Shown piece by piece: positions 38,122-50,672 of a DNA stretch of 64,000 nt (its first letter is position 1; each line of letters begins with the position of its first letter). The stretch is from Scyliorhinus canicula. Taxonomy: Eukaryota. The notes beneath the pieces were generated by a model. It made no database searches. It was not told the origin of the DNA and saw nothing but the letters and a program-made list of their open reading frames with translations. The stretch covers positions 85,267,982 through 85,331,981 of the forward strand of contig NC_052146.1 of NCBI RefSeq assembly GCF_902713615.1, in the 5' to 3' direction. The position numbers and the translations under genes are program-made.

Positions 38122-38348
38122 GGGGCGGCATGTGGCGCAGTGGTTAGCACTGGGACTGTGGTGCTGAGGACCCAGGTTCGAATCCTGGCCCTGGGTCACT
38201 GTCCATGTGGAGTATGCGCATTCTCCCTGTGTCTGCGTGGGTTTCACCCACACAACTCAAAGATGTGCAGGTTAGGTGGATTGGCCATGCTAAATTGCAT
38301 CTTAATTGGGGAAAAAAATAATTGGGTACTCTAAATTTAAAAAAAAGA
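38122..38348 (+). mobile_element. Short A-tailed V-SINE
   Basis: TSD AGAACTGTCCAGAAA. Confidence 0.88.
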
Positions 38349-39324
38349 ACTGTCCAGAAAATGAAGCTCTCTTCACCTGACCTAACCCCTGAATCTAGGG
38401 TCAATGACCTGAGAACACATTGGGCCCTTTGTCTTACACACCAACATTGGAAAGTCATAGGCCACTGTGGCTGATCGGGATTCTCCATAGTCAGGGGTTA
38501 ATAATAAGCCACACCTGATTGCTCTGAGGACAAGACACTATTAATGTACACAGAGCTTCCAGGAGCACAAATTCTGACCTTCAGGTTTTCACAATAACAT
38601 CCAGAAAAGCATAAGTCATAAAGTTTTTTTGATATCCTTGTGAGCAAGGCTATAAGATGCCAGATTTGACTAGCCGTTGAAAACAAGCAGTCTGTACTTA
38701 CTTGAATACAACTTGTGTGGAAGTTTGAAGTGTACAATCAGGAGTTTACCAGCAAGGGAAAGCAGCCAAGGTTCCTGCTCATGACCATTAACCAATGGTC
38801 CCTGTTGGAAACAAGCTTCAGGTGATGACAACAATGGAATGGACTGTATTTTGATGGTTAAATGGCCGAAAACACCCAAGGCTAGAAGATAATCAGAACT
38901 GGGCTTGTGTTTTCAATATCGATGGTAAAATCCACCGAGCCTGCACATCTTTGGGTTGTGGGGGTGAAACCGACGCAAACACGGGAAGAATGTGTAAACG
39001 CCAGTAAAAGCCCCTGAACCTCCAGTCAGCAATTTGTCAACAATTCCAGAGTGAAGGTCAAAGAGAATAAATAAGTATTATAAAGGAAATATCACCTTAT
39101 TTCTTAAATACTATGGCGATCAATCAGTCATTTGTGGAATTTGTTATCTGGTCTCAATTTTGCTCCTGATGTTGTTGTGAGTCGCAATATTTTTGGGGGG
39201 TTTTCCCATCTAAATCTTTTGGCCATCAAAGGAATCTATATTAGCTCAATTCTTCTTGCTGAATGATGTTCAATGAAAATTAGTCACCGCTTATACTTGG
39301 TCAAATTAGTCATCCTATAGCACA

Positions 39325-39608
39325 AAAGCACAGTGCTTAGCACTGTTGTTTCACAGCGCCAGGGACACAGGTTCAACTTGGGTCACTGTCTGTGCACGTT
39401 CTCCCAGTGCCTGCTTGGGTTTCCTCTGGGTGCTCCGGTTTTCTCCCACAAGTCCCAAAAGACGTGTTGTTAGGTGAATTGGACATTCTGAATTCTCCCT
39501 CATTGTACCCGAGCAGACGCCGGAATGTGGCCACTTGGGAATTTTCATGGTAACTTCATTGCAGAGTTAATGTAAGCCTACCTGTGACATTAATAAAGAT
39601 TATTATTA
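39325..39608 (+). mobile_element. V-SINE with Rex1-like tail
   Basis: V domain, then GGACATTCTGAATTCTCCCTC..GTGACATTAATAAAG(ATT)n. Confidence 0.78.
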
Positions 39609-41451
39609 CCTGCGGGTTCCTGACAGTGAGGGTTGTCAAGCTATGCAGCTTAAAACCTCAGTCCGATTCTCACACAGGCACCCTCCAAATGGGAGTGTCG
39701 GACAGGATTCTGGGCAGAGATTCTGGCTGGTTTAGCTCTCCCTTGGCCCAGAATGTTGACCAATGCACTATTTCTGCCTCACTTTACATCAGCCAATGAA
39801 TCAAACTTGGCATTTTCCTGGCCTTTGTGGATCAAGCTACCAATTAGCCTAGAGTTTTCCCCGTTGATCGTGTTGCTCAATCCAGCTGAAATCAAAGTAA
39901 CTGGTACAAAAGATCATGGAATTTTAAACACTTTTTGTATTCGGGGCAACCTGAATTTATGTCATTGTTTGCGTCTGTTTTATAAACTTTGTGCTGGGAG
40001 CTGGCTCTACCCTCAGGATGGATTCATCACTATTTGGCTAATTGTGCCCATTCTTAGGTCATTGAGGAGGCTCCAAAAATTAATCGAGAACATGTGGATG
40101 CAAGGACATGAATATAAATGTTTTCAAAGCTTTTAAATGTGATTGTTGTTTGAAAGAAACCACTGTGCCCCAGAGGAACTGCTAAATAGTTTTATTTTAA
40201 GAGAATTTTCAGTACTTTTTAGTCAAGTTAATCAGAGTGGCATTCTGATTAAAAATGTATAATAAACATTTTCAGCTGTTGCAATCGAACTTAAACATGT
40301 TATTGCTCTTCAAATAAGAAGGAATGTTTTTAAAGCACTTTTTAAAAAGATCGCATTCTAAAATAAGGCCTAATGTGATAACTTACAGCAGAAGTTGGAT
40401 TTACTGAGATGCAAATGGCTTTGAGAGAAATTGGGGACAAAAAGCACTTTTTGAAACAAGCACAGTTCTGGGTGCAATTTGCATTGAAATCAGTGACAGA
40501 AACAAATCCCAATATGGAGCTACTCAGCTGAACCATTGGAATTTGGTATTTTTTTTGTCCTGGATGGCTGTTTTTAATTCTGGGCCATGAAGAATTGTAC
40601 CATGAACTGAAGAAAACTCCTTGATTAGTGACACACATTCAGTGAGTCATCAAACAGTATTTCCCTTTCTTGTGCTTCCTTTGATCTTTTCTATCGTTCA
40701 TTGATTGATGGGCTTTCATGAGAAAGGTTTTCTTCAAAAAAGATCCGTGAACGAAGATAAAACGATGTAGGGCTGTTTAAATGAAACCAATACTAATACC
40801 AAGAGAGACAAGTTAGAAACAGGCACACCCTCAGTGGAGATGCAGAAGACACTGTTCAAGGGGTTTGGTTCGAGTTAATTCCATAACAACTGAAATCTGT
40901 GGGATGGAATGCAAGTTCACAGTGACACTCGTGACTATGTTGCTTTCTGGCTGATGTAATCATCTCTGAAAGATGTCAATATTATCAGGTCACGGTAAGT
41001 TAGCGTTTTATGCATCACCTTTGATATTCCCATCCGGGAGAAATTCCAATAAAATTTCAAGGCCAAGCTCCATGGGCTGGATTTTACAGGCCCCCATCTG
41101 GGGCTTTTTTGCTGGGGGGGGCCAGGGGTGAGGGGGCACATAAAATATGTTGGCTGGCTAGACGACCTTAAAATCCACCCCCATCTCAGCCCATAGGGGA
41201 TGGGTAAGGTGCACACAAGCTCACCCCCTTAGCCCACAGAGGCTCTTAAGTGACCAGTTTTTGCCCACTTATGGCCCTCAATCAACCTCCACTGCCATAA
41301 TATGCAGGGCAGCAGAAGGTAGGTGAGAATGGAAAGGCCGTTTTGTCACCAATGTGGGAAGGAAGTGGCTGGGCACTTGTATGAAAACAAACGGTTCCAT
41401 GTGAGCAATCGAGTCTGAGCTGAGGAATGCCAACAGGAATACTTAGTTACA

Positions 41452-41665
41452 GGGGCAGCACAGTGGCCCAGTGGTTAGCACTGCTGCCTCATGGTGCTGA
41501 GGACCCGGGTTCGATCCTAGCTCTGGGTCATCTCCATGTGGAGTTTGCGCGTTCTCCCAATTTCTGCCTGGGTCTCATCCCCACAACCCAAAAGATGAGC
41601 AGGGTAGGTGGATTGGCCATGTTAAATCGCCCCTTAATTGGAATTTTATTTTAATTTAGAAAAGG
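41452..41665 (+). mobile_element. Short A-tailed V-SINE
   Basis: tRNA head and V core; AGTTACAGG repeated on the flanks. Confidence 0.82.
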
Positions 41666-41794
41666 AATAGTTACAGGATGGTTGATGTATTTGTGCCATG
41701 AGTCAGTGATGGCTCAGTCAAAGAGACAGGTTTTGAGGAGCTGAAAGGAGGAACAAGAGAAGGAGAGGCAGGGACGTTTGGGGAGAGAATACCA

Positions 41795-42534
41795 GGGCGA
41801 GATTCTCCGCACTCCCGACGGTGCGGAGAATAGCGTTGCTCGTATAATTTTACGGCCACGCTGTTCCGACGCCCTCCAGCTATTCTCTCCCCCCCCCCCC
41901 CGCCCAACTCCCGACACGAATCGCTGCCGCCGTTTTTTTTACGGCCGGCAGCGATTCACAGCTGATAGATGGGCCGAGTTCCCAGCCCTTTACGGCTGTT
42001 TTTACGAACGGCAAACACACCTGGTCTGGCCGTTCGTAAAAACGGCCGTAAACACTCGCATTTTATAACCATGGCACCGATTGGCACGGCAGTACCACGG
42101 CCGTGCCAAGGGTGCCATGGGCCCGCGATCGGTGGGCACCGATCGCGGGCAGCGGGCCCGATGCCCGCGCACTATTTCTCCTTCCGCCGCCCCGCAGTAT
42201 CCATTCGCGGGGCGGCTGAGGGGCAACCCGGCCCGCGCATACGCGGGTTTCGCGCAAATGCGCAATGACGTCATCCGCGCATGCGCGGGTTGGAGTCTTC
42301 CAATCCGCGCATGCGCGGCTGACGTCATATGACGCGTCAGCCGGCGCTAACTCCGGCAAGCGTGCTTAACAAAATTCGTTAAGCCCGTGATGCCGGAGCT
42401 TACGGCGTCGGGCTGCTAGCCCCTGACCGGGGACCAGAATCGGTTCCCAGTCGGGAAGGGGGGGGGCTGGCGTCAAACCCGCCCGGGTTTGACGCCAGCC
42501 TTACGATTTCTCCCCATATGGGAGAATCTCGCCC
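41795..42534. mobile_element. Young CpG-rich MITE (Harbinger-type), 740 bp
   Basis: Perfect 14-bp TIR GGGCGAGATTCTCC / GGAGAATCTCGCCC; 3-bp TSD CCA; little CpG decay. Confidence 0.9.
42266..42327. promoter_or_regulatory. Palindromic CRE-NRF1 / NRF1-CRE motif cassette inside the MITE
   Basis: TGACGTCA (42266, 42320), GCGCATGCGC (42277, 42307), CCAAT (42300); 29-bp arms with 27/29 complementarity. Function not shown. Confidence 0.5.
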
Positions 42535-42817
42535 CCAGTACCTGGGGCCCAGGTGACGGTTCGGCCACCAGTAATGGAGTTATTAAAATCAAGGATGCAC
42601 AAGAGGTGCCTTCGAATAGTTGAGTTTGGAGGTAACAGACAAGAAAATGTTTCAGCAGACTATGAACTGAGGGATGGAGCGAAGCAACGTTGTGAAACTG
42701 GAAGGCCAATGAAGGAGAAATGCAGAGAACATGTGATGAATGGAAGAAATTGTCATACTTTATCATTTGTATTTTCGCAGTAATATTATTAAAATCTAGG
42801 TTAAAATGCTGAACAGT

Positions 42818-43003
42818 GGGCGGGATTCTCCAGTGGGATCCTCTGCCTCGTCGGCAGCGCACTCACGCCCACGGATTTCCCGACAGCGGTGGGGGTAGCC
42901 ACAATGGGATACCCCATTGGCCGGCTGTTAGGACGGAGGATCCTACTGCCGGCGGGGTGTGTCACCCCACAAAACAGGTCTGGTGGGACGGAGGATCCCA
43001 TCC
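42818..43003. mobile_element. Short MITE
   Basis: GGGCGGGATTCTCC / GGAGGATCCCATCC. Similar element at 35401-35558. Confidence 0.7.
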
Positions 43004-43117
43004 AGTACGTTTGTTAGAGTTGTGCTTAAAAGTGAGGTAATCAGTGATATTTGCAGGGGAAGTATTTTGCTAATAGATGTTAAAAGCCATTATACCTGTT
43101 TGCAGATATAGAGCTAA

Positions 43118-43652
43118 TGTAACGTTGTCACAGTTTGAGCCTGGCTAAACAAATCAAGGGACATCTTGTAACGCGGGACAAAAGAATGCTGTGTGCTTTG
43201 AATGCAGCTGGTGTAGCTAATGTAAGGGGCCATGTCTGTATGGAAAAGGCATTTTTGCCAGGACTCTAAGCTGAACATGAGGTTTTCAACTTGGTCCTAA
43301 GAAGGTTTCTCTCTCCAAGAATTCCATACCAGGATAAGCAAATAAAACCTGGATGTTAACTGTGTACATGAGTGGTATTTGAAATATATGGGTTTGCTTA
43401 AGTGGAATGTAGAGGCAGATTTCAAGAAGCAAGTTAAGATGTTGTACCTGTTAACGATCTAGCTATTTATTTGTTGCTATTATGCTTAATTCTCTATTGA
43501 AATTAAAGTTTGTTTTAATACAAAAGCTGTCTACTGGTCAATGTCATCACTCCTATGGTGCAGTAACATTTCCTCAGTTTTACCAAATGCAAATAGTTGG
43601 ATTCTAGTCTGGGATCTTAACCAAAATTGGGTTCTGGTCCGGACCCATAACA
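43118..43652 (+). mobile_element. Probable solo-LTR remnant
   Basis: Ends GGTTCTGGTCCGGACCCATAACA, similar in style to the LTRs at 26470-28728; 5' boundary and TSD not found. Confidence 0.4.
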
Positions 43653-43663
43653 AATAAAATTAA

Positions 43664-45583
43664 CACTTGTACATGGCCTTCTTTGGCCTCAGAAAGGCCT
43701 TCAAGACTGTCAACCATGAGGAATTGTGGAGTGTCCTCTTCTGTTTTACCCACCCCAAATGTTTGTCACCATCCTCCACGTACTCCATGATAAAATGGCA
43801 AAGCAAGGCTGTGTCATGCTCTTCTCGATCTTCCTTGCTGCAATGTTCCATCTCACTCTCACACCTGCAAGGTCCCAGCTGGAGTGGAGATAAACTACAG
43901 AACAAATGGGAATCTGTTCAACCCCTGCAGCCTGCAGGCCAGATACAAGGTTGTCCCATCTTCTCTCATTGAACTACAGTATGCAGCTGATGCTTGAATT
44001 TGCACACAATTGGAGGTCAAGCTGCAAGCCATCATCAACACCTTCACCAAAGTGTACAAGAGCATGAGCTTTCTACTAAACATCCATAGGATAAAGGTCC
44101 TCTACTAACCTGTCCCCGCCACACTGCACTACCTTCCAGTTATCAAAGTCCATGATGGGGCCTTGGACAATGTGGGCCATTTTCCATGCCTTGGGTTCCT
44201 ACTATCAACAAGGGCAGACATTGACGAGGAAGTTCACGACTACTTTTAGTGTTCCAGCGCAGACTTTAGTCACATGAGGAAGGAAGTATTTGAGGAACAG
44301 AACCTCAGAGCCAGCACCAAACTCATGGTCTACAGATCAGTAATGATACTCATCCTCCTATATGGCTCAGAGACACGGGGTGGGGTTCTCTGGTCGCTGA
44401 AGCCAAAATCGCGTTCGCCGATCGGTGGAGAATACCTGTTTCCGACCAAATTGGGGAGGGGGGCGTTTCGCGATGTTCTGCCCTCTCTAAAATGGCGTAC
44501 TCTGCGAATACGGTGCGCGCCGTATCGACGGCCTCAGGATATTGCCTGAGGCCCACCCCCCCCCCCCCCCCCCCCCCCCCCGATGCTCTACCCCCGACTC
44601 AGTCCAGTGCCATCACAGTCGGGGGGTTGGCCGATCCGCAGGCATGGGGGACTTTGTCAGGGGCTGGGAGCACTGTTGGAGGTGGTCCGGGGCTCGTGCG
44701 CCGGCCAAAGGGAGGGCATTATCTTGCAGGCCAGGTCCGCACGCAGCCAGCGCCATGTTGCACTGCACAGCCGCTGCAGGACACCGCCATGCACATGCAC
44801 GGCTATGGACCCGGCAATTATCCACGCCATATCGGCAGCTATTGCCGGGTGCTCTATGCTGCCAGCATGCTATCCCCCAGCAAAACGGAGGATCGGTGGC
44901 CGTTTTGCACCGAATGTTCGGGCGTAAAACACCAAGTTCCCATGCCAGCGTTATGACATAGCCTCAGAATCGGAGAATCCAGCTTACACGCTATGTATAG
45001 CAGGCACCTCAAAACCCTGGAGAAGTACCACCTGTGCAAGATCCTGCAAATCCTCTGGCAGGATAGGTGCACCAATATCAGTATTCTCACTCAGGCCAAC
45101 ATCCCCAGCAGCGCAGCATTGACCATGCTCGATCCAGCTGCACTGGGCAGATCACATTGTCCACATGCTGGACATGAAACTCACGAAACAAGTGCTCTAA
45201 CCAGACCTTCAACACCACAAAAGAGTCCAGGCGGGCAGAGGAAACACTTCAAGGACAGCCCCTCAAAGACCCCTTGATAAAGTGCAACATCCGCACCAAC
45301 ACCTAGGAATCTCTGGCCCAACACCACCCGAGGTGGAGGAAAAGCATCCAGGAAGGAGCTGAATACCTCCAATTTCATCGCTGCGAGTAAGCTGAATCCA
45401 CGCGTCAATGGTGAAGGGAGCATGTGGCAACCTGGGCACCCCACCTGCTCCTCCAACCACCATCTGCCCTACCTGTGACAGAGGCTGTAGGTCACGCATT
45501 GGACTCCTCAGTCACCTGAGAACTCATTTGTGTTGTGGAAGCAAATCATCCTCGACTCCGAGGAATTTCCTAAAAAGAAGATA
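43664..45583 (+). mobile_element. Degenerate RTE-clade LINE (RT and 3' end), interrupted by a MITE at 44377-44984
   Basis: LYMAFFGLRKAFKTVNHEELWSVL, LQYAADA, STKLMVYRSVMILILLYGSET|..MYSRHLKTLEKYH; C-terminal CPTCDRGC..IGLLSHLRTH. Confidence 0.85.
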
Positions 45584-45709
45584 GTAGAGAGTCTATGGGG
45601 TCTGAAGCTCACCTCAGGGTCAAAACGAAATCTGAACAGTTAGAATTACACACAAAATTGACATCTAACAAAGGGAAATAAGTTGTGACATACGTGCTAA
45701 TATTTTATG

Positions 45710-45920
45710 AGGTAAAGTCGCCCTAGTGCGCTTCTCCTTTGAGGGGAAGAGCTCACTGGTGGTGATTTAACCTGAGGATTACTGCACCTCAGATGAAGGG
45801 TAAGATTGAAAAGGCAGGCCTTCATGAAAAACCTCAGCCGGTCTGGGAATTGAACCGGCGATGCTGGCCTCGATCTGATTCACAAACCAGTTTTCTAGCC
45901 AGCTGAGCTCAACCAGCCCC
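45710..45920 (-). mobile_element. tRNA-derived SINE (second head type) with a different, unassigned tail
   Basis: Same head as 955-1152, but the body ends ..TTAAATCACCACCAGTGAGCTC..GGCGACTTTAC. Head-only copy at 53983-54080. Confidence 0.65.
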
Positions 45921-47542
45921 TAATATTTTATTACTAATCTGAGGAACATTGATTGTACCAGAGATATCACCAGCATTGGATCACACTGTGCTCTGGGTCC
46001 ATCATCCTCCTGCTTGAGTGTGGCATTCAATGAAGCCCCCACGTACTTGTCTGGATTTTCATTCAATTCCTTTTCAAACATTATTAATTAGGACTGTTTT
46101 ACCAGCTACAATCCATTGTTCAAGTCAGCCATACCTTGGAGAGAGAATAATTCTCGGGCAGCAAACAAGCCAACTGAGGTGTTCGGCTTCAAAACCTTTT
46201 TAATTATTTTAAATAAAATGAGAACAGTTTTCTTATAAACCATTACCATCCTTTTAATCAATTTAAACATAAAATTAGTGACATGCTCATACTAATTACT
46301 GAACATTCTTCCTTCATTCCTCTTACAGGCTGCTTTTTCTCATCCCTTCACCCAGGACACCATCTAGATGTAGATTTTCATGATCATTGTTCATGATGAG
46401 GTGATTGGAGGTTCAACTGGACTTAGAGGAAAAGGGAAAAAATAAGTTTCCATGTGATAATTTTCGTAATAGCTAAGCCACAAACTGATAAAACTCTCAA
46501 TCACCTTATTGTAAACGAGGGAGTTCTTTGATTAAGCAAACAGCCAACATTCTACCGAAAGCCTCTGCCAGTTGTTGGTGTGTAGATGATCACTTTTTTG
46601 TTCACCCTAATCCTGACCTTTCTCACTAATTACTTCTATGTAGATGAACAAAGAACAAAGCACAGGAGCAGGGCCTTCGGCCCTCCAAGCCTGTACCAGT
46701 CATGATACCACCCTTGGCCAAAACCTTCAGCTTTTCCTTGTGTTGTATCCCTCTATACCCATCCTATCCAAGTATTTGCTGAGAAAAGAACAAAGAACAA
46801 TGGGAAGGCACATTTTTAATCTGACGTCAATGTAGGTCATTATGCATAGGGATATGGGTGAATGGGACTTGAGTAGAACACAGGCAGCAGAGTTTTTGAT
46901 TACCTCAAGTTTACAGCAGAATATGGGACAGGAGCCGGGCGTGTGTTGGAATGTGCATTTATATATCATCTCTGACACAGAAAAAAGCCCAGTTGCCTTT
47001 CACAGAAACAGTTAAAAGTGGATTCCAAGCCAAATGAGGTGCTAAAGGTGTCAAAAGGCATGGTCAATGGGGTATTTTTTAAATAAATGTTGAGTTGTGA
47101 AGAGGTGGATGAGTAAATGGAGGAGACACAGACACCAATGATGGACCAAATGGAGGGGGAATATGTTAGAGCCCAGAGTGAAAGGCAGAGAACGAGTTGG
47201 AGTTTGGGCTGGAAGAGATAGGGAAAGGTGCAAAGATTTAAATGTGGGGATTAAATTTCCATTTGGAAATATGGGAGTGTGGGGAGTTAATTTAGGTCAG
47301 GGAGATTAGGGGAGTGATGGGTGAGTGGCACTTTTTCCTCTTGTGTGGTATTCATAACCATTGTCCTGCTCAATATTAAGCAGTTTGAGACCTTTCTGAA
47401 TATATTTCTGTCATATTTCCATTGGAATAAGAGGCCCAGATTTAATTCCAGTGTAAACATGATCAGTAGGCCTTAACAAGTACGTTTGGTCAGATCTCTC
47501 AGGCAGATGTTTGCAATGAAATGGAAGCCACATTTTGGAATT

Positions 47543-48173
47543 GTGTCAGAATTCTCCATTATTGAGACTATGTCCCCATGCCGGCGTCAAAAGAGTGGCG
47601 TTTTACTCCTGAACATCCTGGAAAAAAGTGAAACTAATTTATAGCCCTGCAGGGGGCTAGCAGGGACCCGGAGTAAATCTCGCAGCTTTTGCTGCAGATA
47701 CGGGCCCCCGCACTTCTCCAGCGGCCGCGCATGCGCACAGAGCCAGCCTCCAGCGGCCGCGCCATACTCCCTGGTTGGCTCGGACCGCAGAGGTAGACCC
47801 ATAAAGGAGACCCCCACCCCCGATCGGCCATCCCCCCGACCCTCAAACCCCACACATAATTCTTAGGCCGCCTACAAGGCCCCCTGGCCTCCAATCCGCC
47901 TGCCCCCGACCAGGGTGGCTGCGGACTGAGTCTGCAGCCGCCATGCAAGCACCCTGACCAGCAATAGTCAGGAATTTGGTTGGTCGGGGGTGACGAATGT
48001 CAGAGCGGGCCTCTGGCAATGGTCTCCGGCGGCGCGCCGTACTGCCTGGTGACGCCGATTTTCAGTGCCTGGAGAGTCGCCGAACCGGCACCCGTCCCGA
48101 TTATGGCGTCAAACTGGATTCTCTGCCCCGCCGCCGGCCGCAATTTCAGCGTCGGGGTGCAGAGAATCCAGCT
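47543..48173. mobile_element. GC-rich MITE
   Basis: Termini GTGTCAGAATTCTCC / AGAGAATCCAGCT; contains GCGCATGCGC. Confidence 0.65.
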
Positions 48174-49167
48174 CATTGTGCTTTGAAAACATGTTGTCAT
48201 GTGAATGATCATGGTGTAAAGCACAGCTTCAGCTGAGTGTTCAGTGCAAACTATTCTTGGCAACGCTTTCTCAAACAACCTTCCTTGCAAAATAACAACC
48301 CTTCAAAATAGGTAATGTAAAGATATCAGTTCCTGCTGTTTGCTTTGGTTCATGTTGTTGGGGTGTGGCAGTCTGTGTCACCACCTGACTTGTTCCAATA
48401 AGAAAGCAGATTAATGGTGTTTGCACAGATAGGAGGAGTCAGTAGAACGATTATTGAATATTTGAACCCAGGCCAATTACCTTTTCATTGTCAGTAAAAT
48501 GAGAAAAACACAGCTGTACTGCAAGTACAGAAAATCGGTTGAAGTAGATTAGGGATTATTTCCAAATGGTTTGGAACACAAATACTCCATTGCAGTGTTA
48601 GCTGAGGGTTATGGAAATGACTCCGCAATGTTTTAAAGTGGAGTGCACGCCCATTACATGGACAAGTCTCTTCTGTCTAGAATTCTAGCCTCGCTGCTGT
48701 GTGTCACCAGCAGTTTCTGTTGCAGATTTTCTCAGTATTTCTCTTTACATGCTGTCCAACATCAGGGAGCTTCCACTTCTGTAAACTATCATAGGCTCAT
48801 TGGATCGGAGTTAACTGCCCATGTATAAATGCTTATTTCATAGTTAATTTAAAGATGTTACTTATAACATTTTGCCATAGCTTGTACTTTATTGCTTTGT
48901 CAGGGTGTATATCAGCAAGACTGAAACCATATTGCTGCTCTGTGTGTGTTGGTGGTTCAGCTAATTGCTCTCTGGAAATATATTGTAACCTCTTCTGAGG
49001 CAAGTACCATCTTGTTTAAATTGTCACCACCTTCAAACTATGATTGATGGTAAACTGATAGAAGAGTCTTTGACTTGTTTTTGGCTTCTTATCCACACAA
49101 ACACATGGTGATATTCACCTTTTACATATTGTCGAAGGTATCTTGTTTATCCTATTTGAAACACAAT

Positions 49168-50672
49168 GGGAGGGATTGTCCCTTACCCGGCGGAGCAGGC
49201 CGAACCAGCGCCGAGGATTGACATGAACCACTCCGATGTCAGGCCGCCCGGATGGTGCGGAATCCTCTGCACCTTCAGGGGCTAGGCCGGCACCGGTGGG
49301 GTTGGCGCCACGCCAGCCGTCATCAAAGGGCATGGCGCTGCGCCAACTGGCGCCGAAGGGACTCCGCTGGCTGGCGCAAGTAGGCCCACGCGCAGGATTG
49401 CCAGCGAGGGGTTTTCTCCGCGACGGCCATGGCGGACCGTTACACCGGCTCGTGCGGAGGGAAAGAGTGCCCCCACGGTGGGCCCCGATCGCAGGCCAGG
49501 CCACCATGGGCCCCCCCCCCCGTGGCCAGATCTCCCTGCGCCCCCCCGAGGACTCTGCAGGCCGGCCACAGAGCCAGGTCTCGCCGGTACGGACCTGATG
49601 TATTTTACGCCAGCGGACCCGCTGAAAACGGGCGGCCACTCGGCCCATCATGGGCCAGAGGATCGGCAGGAGGGGGCGCTGCCAATGGCCTCAGACTGGT
49701 GCAATTCCTGCCCCCGCCGAAAATCTGGTGCCAGAGAATCCGGCAGCCGGCGTCGGGGCAGCGGGGTGGGATTCACGCCGCACCCCGGCGATTCTCCGGC
49801 CCAGCGGGTGGTCGGAAAATCCCGCTCAATGGTCGGGATCCTCCCTTCTGGGGACAAAAGGCGGGATTCTCCCAGCCCGGGGACGAGCCAGAGAATCCTT
49901 GCAATCGGGCCACGCCGCCCCGACGCCGGCACGCGTTTCTCCGCTCAGCGGAGAAGCGGCGCCATTGCCGCCGGCGTGTTTAGCGCTCGCCTGGCGCGGG
50001 CCGCTGTACACGGCCTGGGCCTCCGACTCTCCGGCCGGATGGGCCGATCGGCCGCTCTAAAAAGGCAGAGTCCCGCCGGCGCCGTCCACACCTGGTCGCA
50101 GCCGGCGGGAACTCTGCGCGCAGGGCCGGGGGCAGCCAATGAGGGGGGGGGGGTGCTCCAATCCTGGGGGGCGTCTCCGATGGGGCCTGACCCCCGATCG
50201 TGGGTCACCAATCGGCGGGCCGGCCTCTTGTTCCCCGGGCCTATTTTCTTCCATGCCGGCCCCTGAACTCCCGCGTCATGTTGCGTCGGGGCCGGCACGT
50301 TGAGGGAGGCCACCGTGCATGTGAGGGTTGGCGCCAGCGCCACTGCGCATGTGCGGATCCCACGACACACAGTTTGCACCGAGATAGGAGGCTGAAGCGG
50401 CGTGAACTGCTCCAGTGCCGTGCTGGCCCGCTGTAGGAGCCAGAATCGGTACTCCCAGAGACCCGTTCATGCCGTTGTGAAACTTTCTACCGCTGAATGG
50501 GAGAATTCCGCCCTGAGTCCCCACGCCGGCGGGAACCCTCCCGCAATCCCCGAGCCCACCCCCGCCGACTTATCTGCCAGATCCCGCCAGTACGTGCGTT
50601 GAGTCATTCACACCGGTGGGACTGGCCAAAAATGGACGGCCGCTCAGCCCATCGGGGCCTGGAGAATCACCA
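49168..50672. mobile_element. Cluster of 2-3 abutting GC-rich MITEs
   Basis: TIR-like ends at 49168 (GGGAGGATTGTCC), ~49826 (GGAAAATCCCGCT), 49831 (GGTCGGGATCCTCCC), 50513 (GGGAGAATTCCGCCC) and ~50672 (GGAGAATCACCA). Confidence 0.7.

Noticed and set aside
49115-50379. Many overlapping 100-260-aa ORFs on both strands
   Set aside because: GC-rich MITE sequence depleted of stop codons; no domain signature.
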